Source of the DNA: an uncultured Fibrobacter sp.
GTDB lineage: Bacteria > Fibrobacterota > Fibrobacteria > Fibrobacterales > Fibrobacteraceae
DNA length: 64,000 nt
Reading direction: 5' to 3'
Assembly: GCA_946405515.1 (NCBI GenBank)
Contig: CAMJHM010000001.1
Location: forward strand, 13,289-77,288
Part shown: positions 28,693-39,832 of the stretch, in pieces
Position numbering within the stretch: position 1 is the stretch's first letter
Layout: each line of letters begins with the position of its first letter
Program-made: the position numbers and the translations under genes
Notes under the pieces: model-generated
Databases searched by the model: none
What the model saw: the letters and a program-made list of their open reading frames with translations, nothing else
What the model was told of the DNA's origin: nothing

Positions 28693-30546
28693 CTAGATGA
28701 TTTTTACCTTGGTCACAAAATCGGTATTGCCGCTACATTCGATTTTGGCATAAAGGAACTTTGTCGGTACTTTATCGTCAAAGTGTTCGGAATACCAGCC
28801 ATCGTCGCGAACGGCGTAAGAGAGTTTTGTATCCAGTTCAAGGACCACGCGGCGGCAACCCGGCACAGAAATTTCAGCCGTCGATCCGCGCAATTCCACA
28901 GCGGCATCTGGATGCAGGTGGAACGGGATTTCCAAAACGGCATTTTTCGCGCACAGCAAGGAATCTGTGATTGTAAATTCGTCATGCTCACGGTCGTACC
29001 GGACTTGGCGCGTGTGTATTACGCCCTCGGTCGCATAACCATCATGGGAGGCAGTCACCTCGCCCGCAGTTTCATCATAAGAAATGACATTCACCTTGTA
29101 ATGATTCTGCCACATCGTACGCCCAATCTGCTCTGCCTGGTTTTTACCGTTCACGCAAATGGTATTATGGGCTAACGTACTCACAAAATAATCGCGAAGG
29201 TTCTTATCCATATAACAGGAGTACGTTCCCGGATCCACAATGACAGGGTGCCCGTCTACATGCAAGATAAACGACAACGCATCGGCATGCCCATGCGCCG
29301 CAATGCTCAGGTAGCCAAGCGGAGCGGCATCAAAATGCATGTAGGTTTCGTGGTCCTGCTCCAACTTCCTAAATACGAAGTGCCCGCTTTGCGCAAAGAA
29401 CCTGTTCCCGTCTTGGAGTGGTGTGCAGGGTAGTGACTCAAATTTTTTCTTGCCTTCTTCCCCGAAAAGGATACTGTTTTTCTCGTCCCAGACAAGGCCT
29501 TCGCGCTTAAACGACGCATCGCCAAAATAGGTGGCAAAAGAAACCAGCAGCGACTTGAAATTATTGAAATGTCCGCCCGCATCTGGCCGCAACACATACC
29601 GGTCGTCACCGTCACCGTACATAGGATAGTTGTAGTGGCTATCGACAAATGCGTTCATGTAATTCGCCATGGCATGCAGGCGTTCGTCGTAAGCCTTGGA
29701 AAATTCGCTATCGGCACGCTTGCCCACAATGGCCGCAACCAAGAAGAGTTCATTGACATACTGGATGTATTCCGCAGCTTCTTCGCGGTTCACGCCCTCT
29801 GGAGTGTTCTGCAAGAGGATTTCTTTTTCCAGCCCCTTCTTCGCGTAAGCGAGCCTCGATTTTTTGTGTGGAATCTTCCAGCCCGCAGCAGCCACAAACA
29901 GCCCGACAAGTTCTGCAACCCTATGGTTGTTCGCCGAAAAATGGAGAGACGGATGTACGTACGAGTACTCTGCATGTTCGCAGATCATCTGCATCCACGC
30001 ATCCCCGATAAACTCGTCTATGGCACTATTGTGCTTCCGCAAGTCGTCCACATTCAGTATCTGCCAACAGAAATACCAGCATATCAGTCGCAAGTTCACT
30101 TCGACATTGCTGTACCAATTCACGCCTTCCATGTAGGGGTTATCTTCCCTCCAGGTGGCGATATAGTGGCAGAACAACACGAGCCATTTCAGGTCGCCGC
30201 AGCCCCTGTACACAAAAGCGAGATGCAACAGGAACTGCATCCGGTTCACTTCCCACACATATTTCACGCTGCCAAACAAGCCACTGCGAATATCGATATC
30301 GTAAGCAAACCTTGCCGGGAAGCGTTTGCCTGTCGACAAGTCTAGATGCCAATCGATTTCCTTGTTGATATCGATTTCCGATTTGAAAATCGGATAATAC
30401 AGATGGGCATCTTCAGTATCGATGATACTGCAATCCGGTATAGGGAGTGCAACTTCGTAATCGTCCTGCGCAAGCCTGTCGAAAAGATGGCTCCGCACAA
30501 ACCGTCGAATGCGGTACAGATAATCCCCTGCCGAAAATATTTGCAT
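28693..30546 (-). CDS. Heparinase II/III family protein
   Basis: KYVWEVNRMQF, SANNH, AAHGHADALSF, VDPGTY, STLAHNT motifs. Confidence 0.85.
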   Translation of the reverse strand: MQIFSAGDYLYRIRRFVRSHLFDRLAQDDYEVALPIPDCSIIDTEDAHLYYPIFKSEIDINKEIDWHLDLSTGKRFPARFAYDIDIRSGLFGSVKYVWEVNRMQFLLHLAFVYRGCGDLKWLVLFCHYIATWREDNPYMEGVNWYSNVEVNLRLICWYFCWQILNVDDLRKHNSAIDEFIGDAWMQMICEHAEYSYVHPSLHFSANNHRVAELVGLFVAAAGWKIPHKKSRLAYAKKGLEKEILLQNTPEGVNREEAAEYIQYVNELFLVAAIVGKRADSEFSKAYDERLHAMANYMNAFVDSHYNYPMYGDGDDRYVLRPDAGGHFNNFKSLLVSFATYFGDASFKREGLVWDEKNSILFGEEGKKKFESLPCTPLQDGNRFFAQSGHFVFRKLEQDHETYMHFDAAPLGYLSIAAHGHADALSFILHVDGHPVIVDPGTYSCYMDKNLRDYFVSTLAHNTICVNGKNQAEQIGRTMWQNHYKVNVISYDETAGEVTASHDGYATEGVIHTRQVRYDREHDEFTITDSLLCAKNAVLEIPFHLHPDAAVELRGSTAEISVPGCRRVVLELDTKLSYAVRDDGWYSEHFDDKVPTKFLYAKIECSGNTDFVTKVKII

Positions 30547-30628
30547 TGTCTTGACGCTCCAGGATAATGAACTTATAACGTCATTATAGAATAATTTATC
30601 CTTTCCCGGAAAACCGGAATCGGGAAAA

Positions 30629-33600
30629 TTAGTTGAACCTAAGCATCAAGGCGATTTCGAACTGCAGAATTTGGCGTAAATGGGCGGTTTCGTCGTCCAA
30701 TTTTTCGTGAATTTGCCTGTATTCAATATAACTGCTCATGGAAGCAATCTTGTTGAACTGGTAACCGGCACTCGGGCGGACAAACCATTCGTGCGTGCGC
30801 GAAGGTACCGTGCGGATGGTCCTGTGCAACTTGGGTTTATAAGCCGTGGTTTTCCAATCACCGAAATCCCATTGCCTAAATACACCATCGGTGCCACTTT
30901 CCTCGTTCCACATGTCGTAGTCGTCTTCGGGCTCATTCTCCTTGTGGATACTCTTCTTGTAATCGTAGCCGGCAGTAAACTTGAGGTCTATGTCGTTCTC
31001 CAGTTTGAAATACCATTTCCACAACTGGAAACCACGCTTCGTCTTGAGCGGGTAAGAAATGGAGAAGTCGTCACCCACGTTGATATCGAAGTCGTTGTAC
31101 AGCGAAGTGTGGATCCACGGAGTTTCCCAGAAGTACTTCGACGTGTCGATTCCGTTCGCCGTGGAGTCCGGCCAACTCGTAATGCCAATGACTTCCTGCT
31201 TGGGTCTGCGGTCGACATCCGAGAATTTCAGACGTACCGAGTTTTCGATACGGATGTTCTTCTGCGTAAGGAAGCTCAAACGGATAAGCGGATTGAAGTT
31301 CCACTCCGTGCCCCAGGAATCTTCGGCACTCTGGAACGGGCGGACCGTAGTTATATAGGTGTAATCAAGGCGGCTGTTCGCCGAGACGCTACGGAAGCTA
31401 TTCAAGAACGAAACTCTCTGCGAGAAATTCGGCACGTTGATACCGACGCCAATCTTGGGCCAAACTGTGGTCGTGTCTATATACAGCGAATATTCACGCG
31501 ACTGGGCGAAGTCTTCCTTCCACTGCAGGTCGCCCGTCACGCCGATATCCCAGAAAGGCAACGTAATGTTGGTCCCCGTCTGGAACGAACGGGACACCGA
31601 GTGACGGAAGCCGCCCTGATACACGAGCGTATCGACATGGCGGTTGCGATATTCCGCGAAATCTCTAAAGTCGTCGCGATGGTCTAGCCCCATGTCGCCA
31701 GAAACGATATTCCAGAAACCACGGTTGCGGTAACCATTACCCAAACCTAGCCCATAGAGGTAATATTGCATCGGAGTCACACCCTGTTCCTCGTACAACT
31801 GGGCCAGGGTAAAGTTCTCACCGACTGTGTTGGTCGTCGCGTTCCACCCAAAGCGAATCTCGCGCCAACGAATTGCCTCCATGCCACGCGCCACGGGGTT
31901 TGTCTTACCGAAGGACTTCACGAAATCGAGAATCCTGAACGTCGGGTTGAAATCAAATCGGTTCGTCTGGGAAATCGTCCAATAGTTCTTCTGTATATCG
32001 GTCTCGTCAAAGATATCGTACTCATCGGGAATTGTCTTCACCTGGTTGAAGTCCGAAGTAAACGATGTATTGAAGGGGATAAACGGAATGATATTCGGGT
32101 TGAAGTTTATGCGGAACTGCTGCGTCCTGGAACGTTCGTTGCGCAAGATACCATAAGACTTGCCATATTCCCTGGAACCAACGCTATCAACCTTATAGAA
32201 TGTCGTGGAATCGTAACGGATTTCGTAGCTGTCCGGGTTCTGCATGTCGATTGCCATGGCATTTCCGTTTTCGTCCACTCGCGGAATAGTATCGTAAGGG
32301 AGGATGACCATACTGTCCCTAGATACATACACCTTGCGGTCCGTATGATCGTAGTCGAAAATCACATCGCTTGCGAACAGGCCGCCGTCATCCGGACTAA
32401 AGAAGTTCTCCTTGACAAACGCCTCACGGTCGCCACCACCATACATGTCACGTTTCACGTTCAAGCTATAAGACGTGGAGAGGAAATTGAATATGTTCCA
32501 ACGCATGTTCAGCCTGTGAGACAAATCCGTCGTATAGGTCACCACCTTGTCTACTTGCGGCTCAACGTAATCGGGATCGCGGTCTTGGTCCACATAGCGG
32601 ACGTAGCTCAAATCGAACAGCGTCACATCGAATGTCTGCGGCCAAGGTTCAAATTCAATCTTCGAGAAATCAGACGCCCAGCCATACCGAGCGAGCCCGC
32701 CGAACGGGGTCAGTTTGAACAGGCTGAACGTACCCAACTTATACTCAATCGTCGTATGGTAAGCGTAGGTAGAATCGGCACTCGTTGTGGCGCGACCCTC
32801 CGTTTCATGGTACGAATAGCTCCATGCCGGGCGTTCCAAAAGCACCTGCGAGAGGACCTCGCCCATAGCAGACTCGTTCGCCTTGTAATCCTTGCTATAG
32901 CTCAAGCCTAAAGTCTTGTCGCGGGTGTACGATTCATAACCCTTGGACTTGCCCGCGTCACGAAGTTTCTGTTCTTCCTTGTTCGAAGTCACGCTCAAGT
33001 CGTTCTGGAACATGTCTCCCGTAATGTCGGAGAAACTGCTCTTGTCGAGAATCATGTCATCCGTCGGCTTCATGTACGGGCGCTTCGTAGAACTTGCGTA
33101 ACCCAAACTCAACGGAATATGGAAGCCAAGGCTGTCGTTCAGGAACTTGTTCAGGGCGAAGGTAATGTCACCAGATATGTCAAGCTGCGTAGCCGCCTCG
33201 GAAAGTTTGGGCTTCGGGGATCCGCCCGACGAGGAGAGCGTTGCAAAGTCACCGTCCTGGTAACGGACCGCACCGGCAATAGAGATAAAGTCCGCAAAGT
33301 CGACCTGGCCACCGACACGCGCGGCATAGCCCCATTCCGTATCCATGTCGGAAAGGCGGAAGTCGTTAATCCAGAATTCACCCTCGAGATCGTCGGGAGA
33401 GGCGCTGGAGTCAGCGATAACAACAAAGCGCACCCAGTCGATGTTCGTGATGGAGGGGTTACCTACCAAGCGCAAGCGTTCTTCACGATCACCACCAAGG
33501 TCCTTCACAATCGGTTCGAGAAAGGGCGGACGGCGACCGCGTTTCATCTGCGAGAATTCCATGATGTTCATGGAGAATGCGTTATCAAGCCAGTTTCTTT

Positions 33601-36600
33601 CGTGGCAGTCTTGCGGGCGTTCCGGGCAGGGAGATTCCAGATTGACCGGACGGAAGCTCCATTCGTAGTAGTCACGGGAACCCTCGAGCGAACCTTCACC
33701 GAACTGCAGTGCAAAACGGACAGGAACCGTAGACGCCTTTGTCGCGTAATGGATTTCCATCTTGACGGACTTGTACATGGAGAAGTCCTTCTTGTCCGTA
33801 TCGAAAATCCGGGTCACGCCCACTTCTTGGCCAGGGTTCATGTTCTGGTACTTCAGGCTGAGCGCGGTTTCCTTCAGCGGTGCGTTCGTCTCGGTATCGC
33901 GTTCCGTCTTGATGTTGGGCGACTTGACGTAGGTGTCGGAATTTTCGCGGTTATTAATCGTCGAAACCTTGATGTAGCTCGTATCGCGGGTCTTCACGAA
34001 CTCGGAGACCTGCGTCTCGACGCCGTTGACTTCCACAATCTGGGAATTCTCCGTTGTCGAAGTTACGTAGCGGTCAGCGACCGTCGATTCTTCCCAAGAG
34101 TTGCCCATGACGCCCAAGCTCACGATTTGCACCTTGGCCTCGGCGACACCCGGGTTCAAGTTACCAAGCCAGAGACGCGTGTACTGGGCGCCAGCAAGAA
34201 TGCTCAAGTAATCGCTGCCCAACGGAGAAACGATGGTATCGTACTGGTTCAGCGGAATGGTCCACTTGCGCCAGCCGTTTCTGAGTTTTTCCATGTGAGG
34301 AGACGTCGTATCCGAAAGATCAATACGGTAGCGGACAAAGTCGATGTCCTGATCCAAGGAACCGTTGCGGTTGATGTCCTCGGTGTCGTACTTACGTTCG
34401 CCCGAGTTGTTTTCCGTACCGTTGATATTCACCGGAGGATCGCTGTCGTCGTCGTACTTGTCGGAATAGTCATCACGAGCGATATCCGTCGTCGAGATGC
34501 CTGGCGTCCTTGAATTTTTCCCTGTAGCATCGCAGTCCCCGGTGCCACGGCAGACCCACACGGTATCAACTTCGTCCGTCCCAGAGACACCGTCGAGGCC
34601 CTTGTCATGAAGTGCAGTCGTCGTACCGAGGTCGTTTTCGCCATCGTATCTGCCGTTCGGGGATGCACCATTGATAGAAATGTCTTCGCTCACCAGGCCC
34701 AAGTCGATGTAGATAGAACCCACATTACCACGGGCGACAATCTCTATATACTTCATGTCGCTCAAATCCTGGTAGTAGGAACTGTTCGGGCGCATGATAC
34801 CGCCCCAGGAATTGCCCATGAGGTTGTCGTTGGCACGCAGAGTCATCTTGAGCACGGTCAGGTGCTGGTTGTCGACATCGGAATTGCCCACGTTCGGGTA
34901 GATGTACTTGTAAAGTTCGGTAGTATTGCTATGCCAGATGAACTCACCCTTGTGTCGGTAGTCCTGACTCTCGATATAGGTGGTAGTACCGGCAACACCA
35001 CCCGGAGGAGAAGCAGGGTACCAAGAAAGCCTGGACATCGGGAAAATAAGACCCGTTGACGTCGACTCAAAATCTTCGACCAGGGCGGCATTGACCTCGC
35101 TCGTGTTGGCGTTGTGGCGGCTGCTCGCAAATTCAGTCTCGAATCGCCAGTTGGAAACCGCCTGCGTCTCGATGAACGGAATCATGTTGACAAGCGTCGT
35201 CAGTGCAGAAATGGTGTCCTGCAAGCGGAGGTTCATGCCCCAAAGGAAGCTGTTAAACGGTTCGTTCCCGAGAGTCGGGGTCCGGGCCGTGGAACTTTGG
35301 CTCTTGTACAGCGCGGTAATGCCGAACACGGAACCAGTACCGAATCCGTAACGTTCCAAAGGCAACTCGGCACGGGCACCCAGCAACAGTTTGTTATCTA
35401 TCTCGAATAGCGGTTCGCACTCGAACTTGACCTTGATTTCCTTGTTGGGGTCAAGGGCGCGTTCACTCAAAAGTTCAATCTGGCCCAGTTCGTAGTTGAC
35501 CTCGTAGTCCACATCGCGGACGAGCACCGTAGAACCGGCTGTCAATTTTTCGGAGCCCGGAGAAATATCCATACAGGAGCCTGCGCTCACAGAATAGCTG
35601 GAATTGGGGTCGCGGACACTGATTGTAGAATTGCGGCGCTTGCCGACGGACTCGAAATAAAACCTGCTCGTGTAGCGGTTCAGGTTATAGACCGGAAGCG
35701 TATAGAGTTGGCCCATCGCAGCGGTCGTATCCAAATTACGCAAAGGCTCAAGGCAGTTTTCACGGGCCCGTTCTGCAGGATAATCCTTGGAAATGCGTTT
35801 ACAAGGTAGCCACATTTCACCAGTGTAGTTACCGGTTGCGTCTTTCTTGAAAATCGTCACATCGTTGACAAGAGGTGTCCCTGTAGATTCATCGGCAAGT
35901 CCCAAATCCTTCAAGAAGGAATTCGTCATACCGGACTTGTTCTTCATGCGCAATATAAAGCGGCTCGCGCTCGCATCGGTCACACCGATGGAGTAAACGT
36001 TCCTAAGCATCAACTTGTCAATTTCTGCCAGTTCCGAAAGAGTGGCATCCCACTGGATAAGGGCCATTTTCGCACCCTTGCGGACCTTATTTCCCCCGGC
36101 GCAGCCTTCGCAGTCGCCTTGCCAAGTTGCAGCAATCAAGGTATTGCGGTTCACTCCAGAAATTTTCAAGACACCCATTTTGGGATCGTAGTCGTAGTCT
36201 TTATCGGAAATCGGGACCATGCGTTCTACGAACTTCTCGACCGGCTTGCCACCATTGCGAGGCGTGTAGACAACCGTAATGCTGTCGACCACATCGCCCG
36301 AATTCGACACGATACGCTTAAAGAGTTGGAGGTTCTTCGCTTCGTAGTTGAACGTGTTCCCATGGATGGCCTTCTCGATATACTTGTCTCTCACGTCATG
36401 GTTCAAGAAGTAATAGCGGTAGGCTTGGAACTGCTTGTCGAGCACCTGGAATTCCGTAGTGGACTCGCTCGCATTGATAGAGTATTCTTCCTGGCTTCCA
36501 CCATCTTGCGAGGCAATCGTCGTGAGGCGCCAGTCACCCAGTTTCCAGTCGGCCTTGATACCAAACAGGCCCTGGTGCTGTTCGGAATAACCCGTCAACT

Positions 36601-37471
36601 CCGTACCCGAGAGCGTGAGCGATGTCGTACCGGCTTCCACGCGCTGCAAGATATAGTCTTCAAACTCGTCCTTGTACGATTCCTCGTAGACCACGCGGAC
36701 CTGGTTCTTGACCCCGAGGCCGCTTTCGACGTTATTGATTTCCACCGTGATGTAGGGGCCAATCTTGCCCTTCACCATGAAGCTCGGATCGTACGAAAGC
36801 GACGGAGACGGCCAGAGGCTCGTGTTGTCGCTTCCCTGGGCGTCGTCCTTCTCGCCGTAACCCTTGAGGCGGATATCCATCGTACCCTGCAGCATGAGTT
36901 TCGGTTTGTCGAGGCCGAAATCCCTCATCCAAGCGGGCATATTGACCGGAATCGTAATGTCGAACACGGAACCGGTTTCCGGGGCCTCGTACCCGTCGTT
37001 CGGCTGGCCCACAAGCCCGTTCAACCACAGGCGCCTACGACCTACATCGTACATGTCGGACACATAGTCTGCCAGTTCCGGATAGTGAGCGGTCCAGAGG
37101 GTCGTCGTATCGCGGGAAACAGAATTCACCCGCTTTTCGCTCACGTCGAGTTCGCGGGTAGCGATGTCGATATCGTGGCTGAACACCTGGCCCTTGCTCG
37201 TGTTCATCAGGTTCGAGGACGCACCGACGCCATTGAATGGCAACAAATTGTCGAGAGGAGCCGCAGAAGGAGGAAGGTCAATGTAGTGGATAGACGGTTG
37301 CCATTCCGTCTCGGCAGGATCCGGCTGGGCTTCAGCCGGATCTGTATCCGAAGATTGCGATTCGGGAGCAGACGCCGCCTGTGCATAGGCGAATCCCACC
37401 GCGATAAGCGCACCCGCAAGGCCGTTCAAAAAGGCCTTATGTAACCGTCGTTTAAAAATCAATGACCTCAA
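30629..37471 (-). CDS. sprA: SprA/Sov-like type IX secretion outer-membrane translocon
   Basis: 2280 aa with G.IGP.I.V, IASQ, DYEVNYELGQI, IDLGLVSEDI, TEDINRNGSLD and FWINDFRL motifs; beta-strand C-terminus. Start codon uncertain. Confidence 0.85.
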   Translation of the reverse strand: MRSLIFKRRLHKAFLNGLAGALIAVGFAYAQAASAPESQSSDTDPAEAQPDPAETEWQPSIHYIDLPPSAAPLDNLLPFNGVGASSNLMNTSKGQVFSHDIDIATRELDVSEKRVNSVSRDTTTLWTAHYPELADYVSDMYDVGRRRLWLNGLVGQPNDGYEAPETGSVFDITIPVNMPAWMRDFGLDKPKLMLQGTMDIRLKGYGEKDDAQGSDNTSLWPSPSLSYDPSFMVKGKIGPYITVEINNVESGLGVKNQVRVVYEESYKDEFEDYILQRVEAGTTSLTLSGTELTGYSEQHQGLFGIKADWKLGDWRLTTIASQDGGSQEEYSINASESTTEFQVLDKQFQAYRYYFLNHDVRDKYIEKAIHGNTFNYEAKNLQLFKRIVSNSGDVVDSITVVYTPRNGGKPVEKFVERMVPISDKDYDYDPKMGVLKISGVNRNTLIAATWQGDCEGCAGGNKVRKGAKMALIQWDATLSELAEIDKLMLRNVYSIGVTDASASRFILRMKNKSGMTNSFLKDLGLADESTGTPLVNDVTIFKKDATGNYTGEMWLPCKRISKDYPAERARENCLEPLRNLDTTAAMGQLYTLPVYNLNRYTSRFYFESVGKRRNSTISVRDPNSSYSVSAGSCMDISPGSEKLTAGSTVLVRDVDYEVNYELGQIELLSERALDPNKEIKVKFECEPLFEIDNKLLLGARAELPLERYGFGTGSVFGITALYKSQSSTARTPTLGNEPFNSFLWGMNLRLQDTISALTTLVNMIPFIETQAVSNWRFETEFASSRHNANTSEVNAALVEDFESTSTGLIFPMSRLSWYPASPPGGVAGTTTYIESQDYRHKGEFIWHSNTTELYKYIYPNVGNSDVDNQHLTVLKMTLRANDNLMGNSWGGIMRPNSSYYQDLSDMKYIEIVARGNVGSIYIDLGLVSEDISINGASPNGRYDGENDLGTTTALHDKGLDGVSGTDEVDTVWVCRGTGDCDATGKNSRTPGISTTDIARDDYSDKYDDDSDPPVNINGTENNSGERKYDTEDINRNGSLDQDIDFVRYRIDLSDTTSPHMEKLRNGWRKWTIPLNQYDTIVSPLGSDYLSILAGAQYTRLWLGNLNPGVAEAKVQIVSLGVMGNSWEESTVADRYVTSTTENSQIVEVNGVETQVSEFVKTRDTSYIKVSTINNRENSDTYVKSPNIKTERDTETNAPLKETALSLKYQNMNPGQEVGVTRIFDTDKKDFSMYKSVKMEIHYATKASTVPVRFALQFGEGSLEGSRDYYEWSFRPVNLESPCPERPQDCHERNWLDNAFSMNIMEFSQMKRGRRPPFLEPIVKDLGGDREERLRLVGNPSITNIDWVRFVVIADSSASPDDLEGEFWINDFRLSDMDTEWGYAARVGGQVDFADFISIAGAVRYQDGDFATLSSSGGSPKPKLSEAATQLDISGDITFALNKFLNDSLGFHIPLSLGYASSTKRPYMKPTDDMILDKSSFSDITGDMFQNDLSVTSNKEEQKLRDAGKSKGYESYTRDKTLGLSYSKDYKANESAMGEVLSQVLLERPAWSYSYHETEGRATTSADSTYAYHTTIEYKLGTFSLFKLTPFGGLARYGWASDFSKIEFEPWPQTFDVTLFDLSYVRYVDQDRDPDYVEPQVDKVVTYTTDLSHRLNMRWNIFNFLSTSYSLNVKRDMYGGGDREAFVKENFFSPDDGGLFASDVIFDYDHTDRKVYVSRDSMVILPYDTIPRVDENGNAMAIDMQNPDSYEIRYDSTTFYKVDSVGSREYGKSYGILRNERSRTQQFRINFNPNIIPFIPFNTSFTSDFNQVKTIPDEYDIFDETDIQKNYWTISQTNRFDFNPTFRILDFVKSFGKTNPVARGMEAIRWREIRFGWNATTNTVGENFTLAQLYEEQGVTPMQYYLYGLGLGNGYRNRGFWNIVSGDMGLDHRDDFRDFAEYRNRHVDTLVYQGGFRHSVSRSFQTGTNITLPFWDIGVTGDLQWKEDFAQSREYSLYIDTTTVWPKIGVGINVPNFSQRVSFLNSFRSVSANSRLDYTYITTVRPFQSAEDSWGTEWNFNPLIRLSFLTQKNIRIENSVRLKFSDVDRRPKQEVIGITSWPDSTANGIDTSKYFWETPWIHTSLYNDFDINVGDDFSISYPLKTKRGFQLWKWYFKLENDIDLKFTAGYDYKKSIHKENEPEDDYDMWNEESGTDGVFRQWDFGDWKTTAYKPKLHRTIRTVPSRTHEWFVRPSAGYQFNKIASMSSYIEYRQIHEKLDDETAHLRQILQFEIALMLRFN

Positions 37472-37555
37472 AATACAGAATTAGGCGATAAAAATCCAGA
37501 ATGTTAGGCGCAAATTTAAAAAAAAAAGAATTTTTACGGATTACCGATAAAAAAA

Positions 37556-38164
37556 TTAAGGCGCTGATTGTTCTGGAGTCTGATTTTGCTGTACTGGGAC
37601 CTCGGCAGACTGTCCTTGCTGGACCGGAATCATGATTGTCTGACCCGATTGCGCAGGCACGAGAACCGTCTGGCCCTGCTGCTGGGCAGGTACTAAGACC
37701 GTCTGTCCCGGCTGAACGGGAACCATGACCGCTTGACCCGATTGCACCGGGACCAAGACCGTCTGAGATTGTTGCATAGGAACTTGATTTTGGGCTTGCG
37801 ATGCCATCGCGGCCTCGTTCAAACAAGCTTGCAAAATGGCCTGGTGTTTCTTGCCCACGAAGCAAGCAGTCTTATATTCCGCTCCATTGACGAACTTGGC
37901 CCTGGCCACAAAGATTCCGTTCATCGAATAGTCGAAGTTTCCATGCAAACGTCCCTGAGTACACCGTCCAACAACATCGATTGCATTTCCATTGATGTCG
38001 ACATAGTGCCAACGTGCTCCCGTCATGTGCAAGCCGAGACAATTCGGAAGGCCATTCATCATTTCCGCTGTCTGGACACGTTCATAGGATGAACACGCCG
38101 TCAAAGCGAACAGAGAGCCAATCAACAACGAAAATACCATGCAGATTCCGATACTCTTTTTCAT
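37556..38164 (-). CDS. Lipoprotein with C-terminal Gln/Pro/Val tandem repeats
   Basis: LTAC lipobox; about seven repeats of VP(V/A)Q(S/Q/P)GQT(V/I)(L/M). Confidence 0.75.
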   Translation of the reverse strand: MKKSIGICMVFSLLIGSLFALTACSSYERVQTAEMMNGLPNCLGLHMTGARWHYVDINGNAIDVVGRCTQGRLHGNFDYSMNGIFVARAKFVNGAEYKTACFVGKKHQAILQACLNEAAMASQAQNQVPMQQSQTVLVPVQSGQAVMVPVQPGQTVLVPAQQQGQTVLVPAQSGQTIMIPVQQGQSAEVPVQQNQTPEQSAP

Positions 38165-38251
38165 ATTCTACCTCTTTTTACCCAATATAGAATTCATCCA
38201 TTTCGACCGTCAGTGCAAGACAGATAAAATCACCCACCAGCAGTATATACA

Positions 38252-39046
38252 TTACGCCATCACGGCATCTTGGTCACGGCGGGCTTCCAGCACGTTCTGC
38301 ATTTCCCTCGTTAAGAGGTTTGCGGCCTGGCTTGGCGGATAATCCAGGAATTTTTCAATAGGAATGGGATCCAGAATATCCAAGTTATAATGGTACCGTT
38401 CCGTCCGGTTGACCGACAATACGGGATCGTGCTTGCGCAACCCGAGAAAGTCATTGCTACCGATGTAAACCGGCACGACATCGCACTTGGAATGGAGCGC
38501 AAAACGCGCAGCACCCTTCTTGAACTGCCAGCGCACCCCCGGCACAGAACGTGTCCCTTCTGGGAAGATAATCAGGCAGTTGCCCCGCTGGAGCGACCTG
38601 TCCGTCTCGGCAAGCTGTTTCGTGAACATCTTGGAATTCACAATGTAAATCGAATTGACAATGCCCTTCATGAACCGGTTCTGGCCCAGGCTGCCCTTCA
38701 CGATGCAGTCGCCATTGGGAATTAGCGAGAACAGAATCACCACATCCAAGATAGACGGATGGTTCGCGACAATGACCTTGGACCGGAGCCCCTTGAGCCG
38801 TTCACGGTGTTGCACATGGATTGTCCCCAAACCGAAATAGACAAAATGCGCAAGGGCCAGTTTATGGGAATAATGCACAACCAGACGCGCCCAGCGGCCA
38901 AACCGCTCCTTGGAGAAACCGGACAGCAGGTAAAGCGTCGGGAATACCGATGTCGCGAGGAACAGGCTTCCCATACCGAACCAGAAGAGCGTCATCAACT
39001 TGATGAACACACGCCAACAGTAGGCTATCCGCCGAAAAAGGAACAT
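38252..39046 (-). CDS. Lysophospholipid/glycerol acyltransferase (ApeD-like)
   Basis: ANHPSILD and IFPEGTRS motifs. Confidence 0.85.
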   Translation of the reverse strand: MFLFRRIAYCWRVFIKLMTLFWFGMGSLFLATSVFPTLYLLSGFSKERFGRWARLVVHYSHKLALAHFVYFGLGTIHVQHRERLKGLRSKVIVANHPSILDVVILFSLIPNGDCIVKGSLGQNRFMKGIVNSIYIVNSKMFTKQLAETDRSLQRGNCLIIFPEGTRSVPGVRWQFKKGAARFALHSKCDVVPVYIGSNDFLGLRKHDPVLSVNRTERYHYNLDILDPIPIEKFLDYPPSQAANLLTREMQNVLEARRDQDAVMA

Positions 39047-39726
39047 TACGGATTCTCCACGAGTATCTTTTTAAGGAGCCAAAGCGCCTGTTCGGCGGCA
39101 AAGTGCGTTTCCGGGATTTCGTCGATATCCAGTTCGATACAGCCGGGCTGCTTCTCGGCAGAAAGTCGCAACGCCATGGCACAGGGCACATTGGGGTAAC
39201 CCTCCACGACCGGAGCATACACCTCGGGGACAAGTTCGTCGGCAAAGAGGAACACCCGCTCGCCACCCTCGCCTGTAGAAAGCGCATCGGCGCAATCCCG
39301 AAGGCCGTTCAAGAAGGAGCCCGCACCGGCATAGGCGGCAGAATAACCGGCCATGTTTTTTTCGACAATCGTCGCGCACGAGACCGGGGCATTGAACACG
39401 GACAGGCTGAACGCCGCAGGGGACACGGTCTCCGTCTCGATCAGATGTTCCGATATTTTCAGCTGCTGGCGCACCTCGCCAAATTCCGAGGCAAAGGTTA
39501 TTTTCGCTTCTGGAAGCCCTTCCGAAACAAAATGGTTCACGTAGACAGCCATCTTGGAGACGTCGCTAAGGCGACGCCGCATGAGCATTGGCACGAACGG
39601 AAGCGCCGGGACCGCGGAAACACAGGAAATATTCTTATCCCCACGCACATAGGCCGCCAAGTCCTCGGCGGTCTCCAAACCAGGAGCCCAGAAGCTAAAC
39701 CTGCATATATATATATGTCTGGACAT
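39046..39726 (-). CDS. Beta-ketoacyl synthase chain-length factor (ApeC-like)
   Basis: MRRRLS, ASEFGE, SPAAFSLSVFNA. Likely ATG 39726. Confidence 0.82.
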   Translation of the reverse strand: MSRHIYICRFSFWAPGLETAEDLAAYVRGDKNISCVSAVPALPFVPMLMRRRLSDVSKMAVYVNHFVSEGLPEAKITFASEFGEVRQQLKISEHLIETETVSPAAFSLSVFNAPVSCATIVEKNMAGYSAAYAGAGSFLNGLRDCADALSTGEGGERVFLFADELVPEVYAPVVEGYPNVPCAMALRLSAEKQPGCIELDIDEIPETHFAAEQALWLLKKILVENP

Positions 39727-39832
39727 TATACGCAAAAAACAAAATAATGATATGTAAATATAATTTAAAAATATTTGACAATTATTCTATATTTGGGTCG
39801 GAAAAAAACAAAAATAACACAAAAAGGGACTT

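Noticed and set aside
37518-37527. A10 tract upstream of sprA as a phase-variation switch
   Set aside because: It lies in an AT-rich intergenic region where A-runs are common; no supporting evidence.
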